The position numbers and the translations under genes are program-made. A model generated the notes under the pieces. That model had not been told where the DNA came from. It searched no databases and saw only the letters and a list, made by a program, of their open reading frames with translations. Shown here in pieces: positions 25,664 to 35,993 of a stretch of DNA of 64,000 bases; within the stretch, counting starts at the first letter, position 1, and each line of letters begins with the position of its first letter. Source of the DNA: an uncultured Anaerolineae bacterium (lineage in GTDB: Bacteria; Chloroflexota; Anaerolineae; Fen-1058); NCBI GenBank assembly GCA_964353405.1, contig CAYGWJ010000121.1, forward strand, positions 2,421 through 66,420. The letters are read 5' to 3'.

Positions 25664-26446
25664 ATGTCCACTACACGCGTTGTCTTTGCCGTCTTTCTCA
25701 TGACCGTTGTGACGGCGTTCGTGGTGAGTGTGTGCGCGGCAGGAGTGGCGTATGCCGCTGGCCCTGAGCCACAGCAACAACCAGACTGCGCCACTTGCCA
25801 CTCGGAAGTCGCCAAGACGTGGGGAGGGGGCAAACATGCTATCAAAGGTATTGCCTGCACGGCATGTCACCAGCCCGGCCCCAATGCCCACCCTGGCAGC
25901 CCGATAGGTGTTGACAAGTCGGCCGCGTTTTGCAGCACTTGCCATTCCGCCGCGGGCACAGAGTGGCAAACGAGCGGTCATGGCAAGGCCAACGTCGCGT
26001 GCACTTCGTGCCACGACATGCACTCAGCCTCGCTCAAGTTCAAGGCGCCGACTGACCTGTGCGCAAGCTGCCACAAGGAGCGCGAAGACCAAAGCAACAT
26101 GCCGATGGACAGCTCGACCAACGCGTGCATCAACTGCCATATGCACAGCACGGCTTCCGGCACAACCGCCACCAACCCCACTCCCTCCAACCACTCTTTC
26201 GTCATGGGAGCGGACGCCTGCCAGCGCTGCCACAAGGATAATGTCCACACAGCGCATCAAATCATTTCTACGGTTTTGCCCCAGCCTGGCGCCGACAAGC
26301 CCGTCCAACAACTTGTGCCCACCGCAACGCTTGCCGCCGCGAGTGCCGCATCGAACGGCGTCTCGGCCTGGCCCAACATCATGGGCGGCGTGATCGGAGG
26401 GCTTTTGCTTGGCTTTATTTCGGCTGTCGTCGTGGTAAGGAGATAG
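25664..26446 (+). CDS. Octahaem c-type cytochrome with a C-terminal TM anchor (NrfB/QrcA-like electron-transfer subunit)
   Basis: AAGGAG Shine-Dalgarno before the ATG at 25664. Signal peptide. CXXCH motifs: CATCH, CTACH, CSTCH, CTSCH, CASCH, CINCH and CQRCH. C-terminal TM helix IMGGVIGGLLLGFISAVVVV. Confidence 0.8.
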   Translation: MSTTRVVFAVFLMTVVTAFVVSVCAAGVAYAAGPEPQQQPDCATCHSEVAKTWGGGKHAIKGIACTACHQPGPNAHPGSPIGVDKSAAFCSTCHSAAGTEWQTSGHGKANVACTSCHDMHSASLKFKAPTDLCASCHKEREDQSNMPMDSSTNACINCHMHSTASGTTATNPTPSNHSFVMGADACQRCHKDNVHTAHQIISTVLPQPGADKPVQQLVPTATLAAASAASNGVSAWPNIMGGVIGGLLLGFISAVVVVRR

Positions 26447-26448
26447 GA

Positions 26449-27240
26449 ATGAGCGATACGAAACTCTCTCGGCGTGATTTTTTGAAATACGCCGGTCTGG
26501 CCGGAGGCGGTTTGCTCGTCGTCGAATTGTTCGGCACGGGCGCAGTCTCGCCGCTCAATCCATCCAACGCCGTCGCGGGCGACAGGGTCAAAGAAGCGCA
26601 AAGCAAGCACAAGTGGGTTATGGTCATTGACCAGAGCAAGTGCATCGGCTGCAACTATTGCACCTATGCCTGCAAAGCGTTCAACGATATCCCCGGCGAT
26701 GCGCAATGGAACACGGTCAGCGTGGAAGGCTCAACCGACAAAGGCCCGGCTTATCTGCCGCGCCCGTGCCAGCATTGCGAAAACGCGCCGTGCGTGGAGG
26801 CCTGCCCGGTCGGAGCGACGTATCACCGCGCCGATGGGCTGGTCGAGATGGATTACGACAAGTGCATCGGCTGCCGCTACTGTCAAGTGGCCTGCCCATA
26901 TAATGCGCGCGTGTTCAACTGGCAAGACCCGGCCAAGCTCGCCAACTCCTATGTGCCCGAGTGGGGCACGCCGGACATTCCGCGCCGTAAGCGCGGCGTG
27001 GTAGAAAAATGCACTTTTTGCGCGCAGCGCATTGACCGTGGGCTGGCACAGGGATTGACCCCCGGCGTGGACCGCGACGCAACGCCCGCGTGTGTGAATG
27101 TCTGCCCGGTGCGTGCGCGGTTGTTCGGCGACTTTTACGATCCCACAAGCCCCGCGAGCCGCGCGCTGGCTCAGCACCGCAGTTTCCGCCTGCGCGAGGA
27201 TCTGGGCACCAATCCGCGCGTGTACTATCTGCCCGCGTGA
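26449..27240 (+). CDS. TAT-exported 4Fe-4S ferredoxin-type subunit (NrfC/PsrB/DmsB family)
   Basis: Twin-arginine signal SRRDFLKYAGLAGGG. Four Cys clusters: CIGCNYCTYAC, CQHCENAPCVEACP, CIGCRYCQVACP and CTFCAQR...CVNVCP. Confidence 0.85.
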   Translation: MSDTKLSRRDFLKYAGLAGGGLLVVELFGTGAVSPLNPSNAVAGDRVKEAQSKHKWVMVIDQSKCIGCNYCTYACKAFNDIPGDAQWNTVSVEGSTDKGPAYLPRPCQHCENAPCVEACPVGATYHRADGLVEMDYDKCIGCRYCQVACPYNARVFNWQDPAKLANSYVPEWGTPDIPRRKRGVVEKCTFCAQRIDRGLAQGLTPGVDRDATPACVNVCPVRARLFGDFYDPTSPASRALAQHRSFRLREDLGTNPRVYYLPA

Positions 27241-27260
27241 GACATTCGACGCCAAAGGAT

Positions 27261-28520
27261 ATGACGATGACAACCTTTGCACAACATTTTCGGTTCAAGC
27301 TCACACCTTTTAGAATATGGATCATCATCCTCGCTCTGATGTGTGCCTTTGGACTGTACGCCGGGATCCTGGTCTTTATCAACGGTCTGTCCATCACGGG
27401 GATGTCTGATCGCGTGCCGTGGGGATTGTGGATCACGATTGACATTTCCTCTATCGGGCTGGGGGCTGGCGCGTTCCTGCTCTCGGCTGCCGTTTACTTG
27501 CTCGGGCTGAAAAAGTACGAACCCATCGCTCGCGTGGCCGTCTTTGTCGGCCTGCTGGGATACACCAGCGCCCTGCTCACGCTATTGCTCGACATTGGCC
27601 GCCCGGATCGCTTTTGGCATGGTCTGGCGTTCTGGAACACACACTCGCTCCTGTGGGAAATCATCATGTGTATCACGCTTTACCTCACAGTGCTCATGGT
27701 CGAGTTTGCGACGATTGTGGCCGAGCATCGCTTCTTTGCGCGCTGGCCCTGGGTCGGCAAGCTGGCTCATCAAGCGCACAAGCTGATGCCGGTGCTGGCT
27801 GTGGTGGGCATGGGTCTCTCGCTCTTGCACCAGTCCTCGCTGGGCGCGGCCTACGGCATCATCAAAGCGAGACCCGTGTGGTACAAGCCTACCATGCCGC
27901 TGATGTTCATCGCACAGGCCATCGCCACCAGCCCGCTGCTTGTCGTGGCGCTGTCCATCATCGTGAGCCGGCTGCGGGGCCGCGAGTTGGTCCGTCAAGA
28001 ACTGCTGTCGGCCGTCGCCCGGTTCAGCGGCTTTGCGCTGCTCGTGTATGCCTACATGCGCTTTTGGGATTTCCTGGCGATGGACTATTCGTATCTGCCG
28101 GTCCGCGCCGAGTCCATGGAACTGCTGACCAGCGGCCCACTGGCCTACAATTTCTGGACCTTTGAAGTGTTCCTGGGCATGGTGATTCCGCTTGTGATCC
28201 TGTTCGACAACAAACTGCGGCACCAAAAAGCGGCTCTGATCGTGGCCGGCTTTCTGGTAGCGTTCGCCCTCATCGTCAACCGCTGGGATACCAACCTGAT
28301 GGGTTTGCTGGTGCCGTTGGCCTATACCACTGCCGTCCTACCTAAAGCTGAGATCAGCTATTCGCCGACTTGGATAGAATGGGCCACGGCGGGCGGCATA
28401 TTGGGCTACTGGTTGATGGCATTCTCGCTGGGCGTCAAGTATTTGCCCATCTTCAAGCAAGAACCGGGGACCAAGGACGAACACGTTGTTGCTCAGGCGC
28501 CCGCACTGGCGCAAGCTTGA
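27261..28520 (+). CDS. NrfD/PsrC-family polytopic membrane quinol-interacting subunit
   Basis: ATG at 27261 (MTMTTFAQHF). About 10 TM helices, including the conserved NrfD-family region ...LLLDIGRPDRFWHGL... Confidence 0.85.
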   Translation: MTMTTFAQHFRFKLTPFRIWIIILALMCAFGLYAGILVFINGLSITGMSDRVPWGLWITIDISSIGLGAGAFLLSAAVYLLGLKKYEPIARVAVFVGLLGYTSALLTLLLDIGRPDRFWHGLAFWNTHSLLWEIIMCITLYLTVLMVEFATIVAEHRFFARWPWVGKLAHQAHKLMPVLAVVGMGLSLLHQSSLGAAYGIIKARPVWYKPTMPLMFIAQAIATSPLLVVALSIIVSRLRGRELVRQELLSAVARFSGFALLVYAYMRFWDFLAMDYSYLPVRAESMELLTSGPLAYNFWTFEVFLGMVIPLVILFDNKLRHQKAALIVAGFLVAFALIVNRWDTNLMGLLVPLAYTTAVLPKAEISYSPTWIEWATAGGILGYWLMAFSLGVKYLPIFKQEPGTKDEHVVAQAPALAQA

Positions 28521-28665
28521 GCAAAGCGCACATCACCCACTCGAAGCAGGCCCGGCTGACACAAACTGGCAGCTAGAAATGGGGCAGTCACCCAATAGAC
28601 CTGACACACAGTTTGGTGTAAACTGCAATCAAAAGGGTTGGCAAGAGTGGAAAGGAGAATGAAAA

Positions 28666-29040
28666 ATGAACGCGCAAACAATCCAAGATATCTTTATAGT
28701 TGCTGGGATGTTCTTTCTGCGCATTGGTCTGCCGCTTCTCGTCGTCATGGGCCTGGGGTATCTGATTCAACGCTGGCTGGAGCCTAAAGCCGTGCATGAG
28801 CAATTCGAGGGAATTGTACGCAGCACACACGAACGAGCGGCGGCTCCGGTGACGCGACAGTACGCCCTATCGGGCGAGGCGGCCAACAAGTATGCAGTCT
28901 GCACGACCAACCTGCAAACGGATATTCCGTGTTGGCTCGCCCGCCAGATCGCCGGTCAGACATTGCCGGAAGGCTGCGCCACTTGTAAAGTGCGCACGCA
29001 GATCAACGCCGACGCGATGGACGTGAAACGCGCCAGCTAA
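28666..29040 (+). CDS. Hypothetical small membrane-anchored protein with 4 Cys
   Basis: N-terminal TM, then Cys residues in CTTN...PCW...GCATCK. It is the last gene of the NrfD-type operon, immediately before the terminator. Confidence 0.4.
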   Translation: MNAQTIQDIFIVAGMFFLRIGLPLLVVMGLGYLIQRWLEPKAVHEQFEGIVRSTHERAAAPVTRQYALSGEAANKYAVCTTNLQTDIPCWLARQIAGQTLPEGCATCKVRTQINADAMDVKRAS

Positions 29041-29061
29041 CAACACTTTTATTGCCCTCCA

Positions 29062-29093
29062 GGCCCGAAGAGTCACTTTGGGCCTTTTTTTTT
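29062..29093 (+). terminator. Rho-independent terminator
   Basis: Stem GGCCCGAAG / CTTTGGGCC (one G-U pair) with loop AGTCA, followed by nine T residues. Confidence 0.75.
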
Positions 29094-29252
29094 GTCAGTC
29101 ACGCAACCGTAACAGACCTGTTACTCTGGAACTATTGATTTGCGATATACTCTGGCGTATACTTGTTAGAATGACGTCATGTCCCGCCTGAATCAGCGGG
29201 CCGGCCCCAGACCCTTGTCGCTTGCCAGACAGTCAAGATACGGAGGCAGCCG

Positions 29253-30980
29253 ATGGAGCGCGAGTTGCATAGCCTGCTCACGGACGACAACCCGGACGGC
29301 CGCTCATCACTGGAGCGTGCAAGCCAGCGTCAATCGTTGCAGAGAGCTGAAAGCCTCTACCACGCCCTCTTTGACAGCATTCCCGTTGGCCTGTACCGCG
29401 CTGCGCCGGACGGGCGCATCACAGACGCCAACCTGACCCTGGCGCGCATGGTCGGTTATCCCGACCGCGAGTCTTTGCTGTCCAGCCATGCGCTCGACAA
29501 GTACATCTCCTCGGAAGACCTCGAGAGTATGCAGACTCTCCTGGAAAGCCAGGGGACCGTCCGTGAATTCCAAACGCGAATGCAGCTTCCGGATGGAACG
29601 GCGCAGTGGCTGGAGCACAACGTGCAGGCCATTCGGGATGCCAATGGCAGGGTACTGTATTACGATGGGACCGTTGAGGACATTACAGCGCGAAAACGGG
29701 CGGAAGAAGCCCTTCAGCGGCGCAACCGCGACCTGGCCCTGTTCAATCAAATAGGACAGACGCTCACCGCCACGCTGGACCTGCGCCAGGTCATGAAGCA
29801 GGTACTCGTCACAGTCACACAAACTCTCGGCGCGGAGGGCAGTTCAGTTTGGTTGTGGGACGAACAGCGTGAAGGTTATTTGATTTGCCGGGCCGCTTCT
29901 CACCCTGTCCCCAATGAAGCCTTGATCAACATGCGCCTGCAACCCGGCCAGGGTATTGCGGGCTGGGTGGCGCAGAGCGGGCAGAGAGCCAATGTGCCAT
30001 CCGCCCCCAACGATCCGCGCTTTGCCGAAGCCATTGACGCCAAGACCGGCTTTCGCACCCTGTCACTGCTGGCCACACCGCTGCGCGTGCGGGAGACCGT
30101 CATCGGTGTGCTGGAAGTGGTCAACAAGTTGGGCGGCGAGTTTGACGCGAACGACGGCGCGCTGCTCGAAACGCTGGCGACCTGGGCCGCGATTGCCATT
30201 GATAACGCGCAGTTGGTCGAAACACTCCGCCAGCGCACCGTGGAGCTTCAGGAACGCAACGAAGAACTGGACGCCTTTGCCCACACGGTGGCCCACGATC
30301 TCAAGAACCCCTTGGGCCTCATCCTCGGTTATTCGGAGCTTTTGGAGCATGACTTTACCAGCCTGCCGGAGGTAGATCAGCAGCGTTGCCTGCAGACCGT
30401 TCTGCAATGCTCCTTCAAGATACAAAACATCGTGGACGAGCTGCTTTTGCTTTCAGAAGCACGCAAGGCTGAAGCGATACATCACCCGCTGGATATGGCG
30501 AGCATCGTGGCCGAAGCTCGGCGACGCTTGTCGCGCATGACGGAAGAGTATCATGCGGAGATGATCGTCCCGCCCGCTTCGGCATGGCCGGTGGCTATGG
30601 GACACGCCCCGTGGATAGAGCAGGTGTGGGTCAACTATATCAGCAACGCGCTCAAGTATGGCGGGCGTCCTCCGCGCGTGGAGCTGGGCGCGGACCCACC
30701 TTCGGACGGCACGGTGCGCTTCTGGGTGCGCGACAATGGCCCCGGCTTTACCCCAGAGGAGCAGGCCCGCCTGTTCACGCCGTTCACGCGGCTGGCTCAG
30801 ATGAGTGTCGAGGGGCATGGCCTGGGGCTATCCATCGTCCAGCGCATTGTGGACAAGCTCGGCGGGCAAGTGAGCGCGGAGAGCCGGGTCGGCCAGGGCA
30901 GCGTCTTTAGCTTTACCCTGCTCGCCGCACTGCCCTCGTCCGAGGTGCCCGACTGGGTAGTTTTCACCAGTCAGCCGTGA
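29253..30980 (+). CDS. Cytoplasmic PAS-GAF sensor histidine kinase
   Basis: No TM helix. PAS region LFDSIPVGLYRAAPDGRITDAN. GAF region ...GQGIAGWVAQSGQRANV...VIGVLEVVNK. HisKA H-box FAHTVAHDLKNPL. HATPase G-box GHGLGLSIVQRIVDKLGGQV. Confidence 0.85.
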   Translation: MERELHSLLTDDNPDGRSSLERASQRQSLQRAESLYHALFDSIPVGLYRAAPDGRITDANLTLARMVGYPDRESLLSSHALDKYISSEDLESMQTLLESQGTVREFQTRMQLPDGTAQWLEHNVQAIRDANGRVLYYDGTVEDITARKRAEEALQRRNRDLALFNQIGQTLTATLDLRQVMKQVLVTVTQTLGAEGSSVWLWDEQREGYLICRAASHPVPNEALINMRLQPGQGIAGWVAQSGQRANVPSAPNDPRFAEAIDAKTGFRTLSLLATPLRVRETVIGVLEVVNKLGGEFDANDGALLETLATWAAIAIDNAQLVETLRQRTVELQERNEELDAFAHTVAHDLKNPLGLILGYSELLEHDFTSLPEVDQQRCLQTVLQCSFKIQNIVDELLLLSEARKAEAIHHPLDMASIVAEARRRLSRMTEEYHAEMIVPPASAWPVAMGHAPWIEQVWVNYISNALKYGGRPPRVELGADPPSDGTVRFWVRDNGPGFTPEEQARLFTPFTRLAQMSVEGHGLGLSIVQRIVDKLGGQVSAESRVGQGSVFSFTLLAALPSSEVPDWVVFTSQP

Positions 30981-31264
30981 AAAAAAAGTCCGACCCTCAT
31001 CGCCCCGACCTAACACGCCGGGGCGATTTTGCTGGTGATTACCCACATTTTATCGGACTCCCGAACTTGTTCGGGCCACTGCCTCAACAAGTTGAGGACT
31101 CTACGTAGTTGTGGACTCTACGTAGTTGTGGGTAGTCACCAGAATTCTGTTGTTGAATCTGCGCGCGTTTGATGCTATACTATAGCCACGGGTTGGCCGC
31201 GGTCGGCCAAACACGACAGGACCGACCGCGCCATCAGCCAATTGCACGCAGGAGGTGATGCGTT

Positions 31265-32713
31265 ATGGACACCACGAATTTTCTGTCCTCGCTGGCTCAA
31301 CTCTATCCGCCGGAGCGATTGCTGGTCCAGGCCGCGCAGCTTGCGGCTTACGAGTCCGATGCGCTGACGGCGTATCACATCCGGCCCGCTGCCGCCGTCC
31401 TGCCTGAGACGCAAGAACAAGTCATAGAGACCGTCAAGCTGTGCCATCGCTTTGGCGTGCCATTCGTCGCGCGCGGCAGCGGCACGAGTCTCTCCGGTGG
31501 TTCACTGCCCATCAAAGATGGCCTACTCATCGCGCTCAACCGGCTCAATCGCATCGTGCGGATTGACCCAAAGGAGCGCATCGCCGTCGTCGAGCCGGGC
31601 GTGATCAACCTCGACGTGAGCAAAGCGGCGGCTCCCTATGGCTTGTACTATGCGCCCGACCCTTCGAGCCAGGCCATTTGCACGATCGGCGGCAACGTGG
31701 CCTTCAACGCGGGCGGAGCGCACTGCCTCAAATACGGCATGACGAGCAATCACGTGCTGGCGATGAAAGCCGTCTTGCCCGACGGTGAGGTCGTTCAAGT
31801 GGGCAGCGAAAGCATGGAAAGCGTCGGGCCAGATTATGTCGGCCTGCTCGTCGGCTCGGAAGGATTGTTCGGCGTGGCGCTCGAAATCACCTTGAGGCTT
31901 TTGCCCAAACCGGAAAAATTCCGCACAGTGCTGGCCGCGTATCACAGCCTGGAAGCCGCGGGCGAGGCCGTGGCGCGAGTGGTCGCTTCCGGTTTGCTGC
32001 CCGGCGCAATGGAAATTATGGATCGGCTCGCTATTCAGGCAGCCGAGGCGGCGGTTCACGCCCACTATCCGCAAGGCGCGGCGGCGCTCCTCATCGTCGA
32101 GTTAGACGGCGAGGCGCTGCAGGTCGAAGAAGAATTCAAACTCCTCAAGAGCGTCATCGAAGCTTCAGGCGCGTATGAAATTCGAGTCGCCCAGGACGAC
32201 GCCGACCGCCTTCGAATTTGGAAAGGACGCAAGAGCGCGTTCTCGGCCGTAGGGCGGTTGAGTCCCGACTATATCGTGCAGGATGGCGTCGTACCACGCA
32301 GCCGCCTGGGCGCGGCGCTGGCCGAAATCGAGCGAATGAGCGCGGCCTACAACCTCCGCGTGGCGAACGTCTTTCACGCCGGCGACGGCAACTTGCACCC
32401 CCTCATCCTTTACAACGGACGCGAAGCCGGTGCGCTTGAGCGAGCCAAGAAACTAGCCGGCGAGATTTTGCAGTTGTGCATCCAATACGGCGGCTCTATC
32501 ACCGGCGAGCACGGCGTGGGCGTTGAGAAACGCGAGTACCTGCCGCAGATGTTTGGCGAGTTGGACGTGGAGACCATGCGCCGATTGCGACGTGCTATTG
32601 ACCCGCACGAGATTTCGAACCGCGGCAAAATGTTCCCGGACGGCCAAGCGCCTGCGCTCGCCTTTACCGGGCCGCATCCGCTGGAAATCGCCGGTATTAT
32701 TTCACGCGAGTAA
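31265..32713 (+). CDS. glcD: Glycolate oxidase FAD-linked subunit GlcD
   Basis: FAD-binding PCMH-type domain ([15 protein letters not shown]). Adjacent to glcE and glcF. Confidence 0.85.
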   Translation: MDTTNFLSSLAQLYPPERLLVQAAQLAAYESDALTAYHIRPAAAVLPETQEQVIETVKLCHRFGVPFVARGSGTSLSGGSLPIKDGLLIALNRLNRIVRIDPKERIAVVEPGVINLDVSKAAAPYGLYYAPDPSSQAICTIGGNVAFNAGGAHCLKYGMTSNHVLAMKAVLPDGEVVQVGSESMESVGPDYVGLLVGSEGLFGVALEITLRLLPKPEKFRTVLAAYHSLEAAGEAVARVVASGLLPGAMEIMDRLAIQAAEAAVHAHYPQGAAALLIVELDGEALQVEEEFKLLKSVIEASGAYEIRVAQDDADRLRIWKGRKSAFSAVGRLSPDYIVQDGVVPRSRLGAALAEIERMSAAYNLRVANVFHAGDGNLHPLILYNGREAGALERAKKLAGEILQLCIQYGGSITGEHGVGVEKREYLPQMFGELDVETMRRLRRAIDPHEISNRGKMFPDGQAPALAFTGPHPLEIAGIISRE

Positions 32714-32718
32714 AGACC

Positions 32719-33795
32719 ATGCAACCCAATACAATCCAAGAACTGCAGGCCATGGTACGCGACGCCGCCGCGCGTCGCGTACTGCCGCGCGGCGGCGGCA
32801 CCAAGCCCGCCCTCTCCACGCCGCCCGATGACGCAACGCCGCTCGACCTGATGGACATCACGGGAGTGGTTGAATATGAGCCGGGCGAATTCACTTTCAC
32901 GGCGCGGGCCGGGACGCGCATCGTGGACGTGAACAAGCTGCTCCAAGAGCACGGGCAATACCTGCCCTTTGACCCGCTCCTCGTCGAGCGGGGCGCGACG
33001 CTGGGTGGGACCGTGGCGGCGGGCATGAGCGGGCCGGGCCGCTATCGCTACGGCGGCGTGCGTGATTTTCTGCTCGGCGTGCGTCACGTAGACGGCGAGG
33101 GTCAGCTCATCCGCAGCGGCGGTAAGGTCGTCAAGAACGCGGCCGGCTTTGACATTCCCAAACTGATGGTCGGCAGCCTGGGCCAACTGGGCGTGCTGGT
33201 CGAGTTGACCTTCAAGGTGTTCCCGGAGCCGGAAGCTTATCGCACACTCGAGCTGGTCTGCCCCAAATTGGAAGACGCACTGCAGGCGCTGTATCGCCTC
33301 AGCGCTTCACAACTCGACCTCATCGCACTTGACCTTGAGCCGACTCTATACCGCTCGACACTCTGGGTCCGCATCGGCGGATTGGCAGACGCCTTGGCTG
33401 CGCGAATAGAGCGCGTGCGCAGCTTGATGGGCGGTGAAATCGTCAACGGCGCCGAGGAAGAAACGCTGTGGCGCAAAGCTCGTGAACTGGAATGGGTGCC
33501 CTCGGGCTGGTCGCTGGTCAAAGTGCCCCTCACCCCGGGCCGCATCGCCGCGCTGGAGCACAGCTTATCCAGCCAGCCCTCACTGCGCCGGTATAGCGGC
33601 GGCGGTCAAGTCGGATGGATTGCCTTGCCGGGATCGTCACAGGTGCTCGATGGCTTGCTGGCTTCGCAAGGTCTATCCGGGCTGACGATCTGGGGGACAC
33701 CCGGTCATTCCCGCCTCGGAGTCCGTGCGGGCGAGCCGCTCGCGCGCCGCGTCAAAGACGCACTCGATCCTGTCAAGCGATTCGTGGAGGTCTAG
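32719..33795 (+). CDS. glcE: Glycolate oxidase FAD-binding subunit GlcE
   Basis: FAD-binding domain ([17 protein letters not shown]). Positioned between glcD and glcF. Confidence 0.8.
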   Translation: MQPNTIQELQAMVRDAAARRVLPRGGGTKPALSTPPDDATPLDLMDITGVVEYEPGEFTFTARAGTRIVDVNKLLQEHGQYLPFDPLLVERGATLGGTVAAGMSGPGRYRYGGVRDFLLGVRHVDGEGQLIRSGGKVVKNAAGFDIPKLMVGSLGQLGVLVELTFKVFPEPEAYRTLELVCPKLEDALQALYRLSASQLDLIALDLEPTLYRSTLWVRIGGLADALAARIERVRSLMGGEIVNGAEEETLWRKARELEWVPSGWSLVKVPLTPGRIAALEHSLSSQPSLRRYSGGGQVGWIALPGSSQVLDGLLASQGLSGLTIWGTPGHSRLGVRAGEPLARRVKDALDPVKRFVEV

Positions 33796-33796
33796 C

Positions 33797-35059
33797 GTGC
33801 AGCACACCATTCCACTCGATCAACTGGGCGCGCAGGGACCGGCGATGGCGCACGCCGTCGAGGCGTGCGTGCATTGCGGCTTTTGCCTGCCCGCCTGCCC
33901 CACGTACAAAATCCTGGGCGAAGAAATGGACTCGCCGCGTGGCCGCATCGTGTTGATCAAGTCGGCGCTCGAAGGTCAACTGAACATCGAGGAAACGGCG
34001 CCGTTCATTGATCACTGCCTGGGCTGCCTGGCTTGCGCGCCGGTCTGCCCTTCGGGCGTGCCGTATGGCGAGCTGGTCATGCCCTTCCGGACGTACGCCG
34101 AAAAGCGCCGCCAGCGCAAGCCGATGGACAAACTCCAGCGGACCCTGGTGAACGAGACGCTACCCTATCCGGGCCGCTTCCGTTTGGCGGCGACGATGGG
34201 CAAACTGGCGCAGCCGTTCAGCGGGCTCCTTCCGCAAGAGTTGCGCGGGATGCTGGCAATGTTGCCCGATCATCTGCCGCCCTCACAACCGCTTCCCAGG
34301 CTTTATCCTGCACAAGGCCAACGCCGCGCGCGCGTCGCTCTATTGGCGGGCTGCGTCCAGCAAGTGTTGGCGCCGGAAATCAACTGGGCTACGCTGCGCG
34401 TGCTGGCCCAGAACGGCGTCGAGGTCGTCATCCCGCCAGGTCAGGGCTGCTGCGGCGCGTTGCCGATGCACCAGGGAGAGCAAGAGCGGGGACGCGGGCT
34501 TGCGCTCAAGAATCTGCGTGTGTTTCCAAAGGATGTGGACGCGGTCGTGACCAATGCAGCCGGCTGCGGATCGGGCATCCAAGAGTACGGGCTGCTCTTC
34601 AAAGGTCATCCCGCGCAGAGTGAGGCCGAAGCGTTCGCCCAGCAAGTCAAGGACGTGAGCGTGTTTCTAGCCGAGTTGGGGCTTGAGGGCCCACCGCCGC
34701 TACGTCAACCGCTCAAGCTGGCTTATCACGATGCCTGTCACCTGTCGAACGCACAGGGCATCACGGAGCCTCCGCGCCGATTGCTCAAGAGTATCCCGAA
34801 CTTGACGCTGCTCGAAGTGCCGGAAGGCGACATGTGCTGCGGGTCGGCTGGCGTCTACAACCTGGAACAGCCCGAGATCGCTAACCAGCTCGGCCAGCGC
34901 AAAGCGGAAAACATTTTGCGAACGGGCGGCGAAGGGGTGGCGGCAGGCAACATTGGCTGCCTGGTCCAAATCCGCACACACCTGCAAAGGCTCAACAAGC
35001 CTCTGCCCGTGTATCATACGGTGCAGGTCCTCGACCTGGCTTATGCACAGGCTGTTTGA
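33797..35059 (+). CDS. glcF: Glycolate oxidase iron-sulfur subunit GlcF
   Basis: GTG at 33797 after a GGAGG Shine-Dalgarno. Two Cys-rich ferredoxin-like motifs ([24 protein letters not shown]) plus two CCG domains. Confidence 0.8.
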   Translation: MQHTIPLDQLGAQGPAMAHAVEACVHCGFCLPACPTYKILGEEMDSPRGRIVLIKSALEGQLNIEETAPFIDHCLGCLACAPVCPSGVPYGELVMPFRTYAEKRRQRKPMDKLQRTLVNETLPYPGRFRLAATMGKLAQPFSGLLPQELRGMLAMLPDHLPPSQPLPRLYPAQGQRRARVALLAGCVQQVLAPEINWATLRVLAQNGVEVVIPPGQGCCGALPMHQGEQERGRGLALKNLRVFPKDVDAVVTNAAGCGSGIQEYGLLFKGHPAQSEAEAFAQQVKDVSVFLAELGLEGPPPLRQPLKLAYHDACHLSNAQGITEPPRRLLKSIPNLTLLEVPEGDMCCGSAGVYNLEQPEIANQLGQRKAENILRTGGEGVAAGNIGCLVQIRTHLQRLNKPLPVYHTVQVLDLAYAQAV

Positions 35060-35101
35060 GCAGAACCGCAGAATTGTGCGGGCGACTAGACACAGTCGCT
35101 C

Positions 35102-35866
35102 CTACTTGAGCTCAAAGCCTTGACTCATTAAAACCGCGTGCAAGAAGGTGCGCGTGGGTTGAGAGACGCGCCGGGCCGAGTGCTCCAGCCAGCCATAGTC
35201 CTCCACCTGCTCCGGCTTGCCCGGCACAGGCGCCTGGCGTCCCTCGTAAATGCCGGTCTCGATCATCGCGCGGTCATAATCCCGCAAGGCCTGGTCTTGA
35301 TCGCGGTTGTACGTTTCCCAATGCAACACCGCCTTGGTCGCCAATCGAGGCCGGAGGCGCGGCGCGGCGGCCGGCCAGCCCACCGTCATGCCGGTGACAG
35401 GCAAGACAAGGTGGGGCAGAGCCAAAAGCTCAATCACCGCTCGCGGGTTGTTGCGGATCGAGCCGATGTAGCAGATGCCCAACCCCAACGATTCGGCCGC
35501 CAGCGCCGCAGTCTGCGACGCGATGGCCGTGTCCACCGTGGCGAGCAGGAAATTCTCTACGTACTCGGCCACCTGCTCGTAGCCACGCAACTGGCAGACG
35601 CGATCCAGCCGATTGAGGTCGGCGCACCAGGCCATAAAGACAGGGGCCTCGGCAATGTGCGATTGGTTGCCGCACAACTCGGCCAGCCGCTTGCGCTTCT
35701 CAGCGTCGGTCACGGCGACGACGCTCATCATCTGCAAATTGGACGAGGTCGAGCTGCGCTGCGCCGCCGCGACAAGGGTCTCGACCATTTCAGCTGGAAC
35801 GGGGTCGGGCTTGTAATGCCGGACAGAGCCGTGACGATGAATCAATGCGATGGTAGATGTGCTCAC
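35102..35866 (-). CDS. NADPH-dependent nitroreductase-family oxidoreductase (NfsA-like)
   Basis: N-terminus HRHGSVRHYKPDPVP, characteristic of the NfsA/FRP family. Confidence 0.75.
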   Translation of the reverse strand: MSTSTIALIHRHGSVRHYKPDPVPAEMVETLVAAAQRSSTSSNLQMMSVVAVTDAEKRKRLAELCGNQSHIAEAPVFMAWCADLNRLDRVCQLRGYEQVAEYVENFLLATVDTAIASQTAALAAESLGLGICYIGSIRNNPRAVIELLALPHLVLPVTGMTVGWPAAAPRLRPRLATKAVLHWETYNRDQDQALRDYDRAMIETGIYEGRQAPVPGKPEQVEDYGWLEHSARRVSQPTRTFLHAVLMSQGFELK

Positions 35867-35993
35867 AGGTTCACTCCGTTATCGTGATGTTGTGCGTATG
35901 AATTATATCACTTGGCAGAAAAGACAATTCTGCGCTAAAATCAAGCTGATTTCAACGCCAACTTCCAGGATATACACCGAGGTCAATCCATCT

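Noticed and set aside
29171-29436. ORF 29179..29436 beginning inside the ATGACGTCAT palindrome
   Set aside because: It overlaps the PAS-GAF kinase gene (29253-30980) in another frame. The palindrome is more plausibly a regulatory site than a start codon context.
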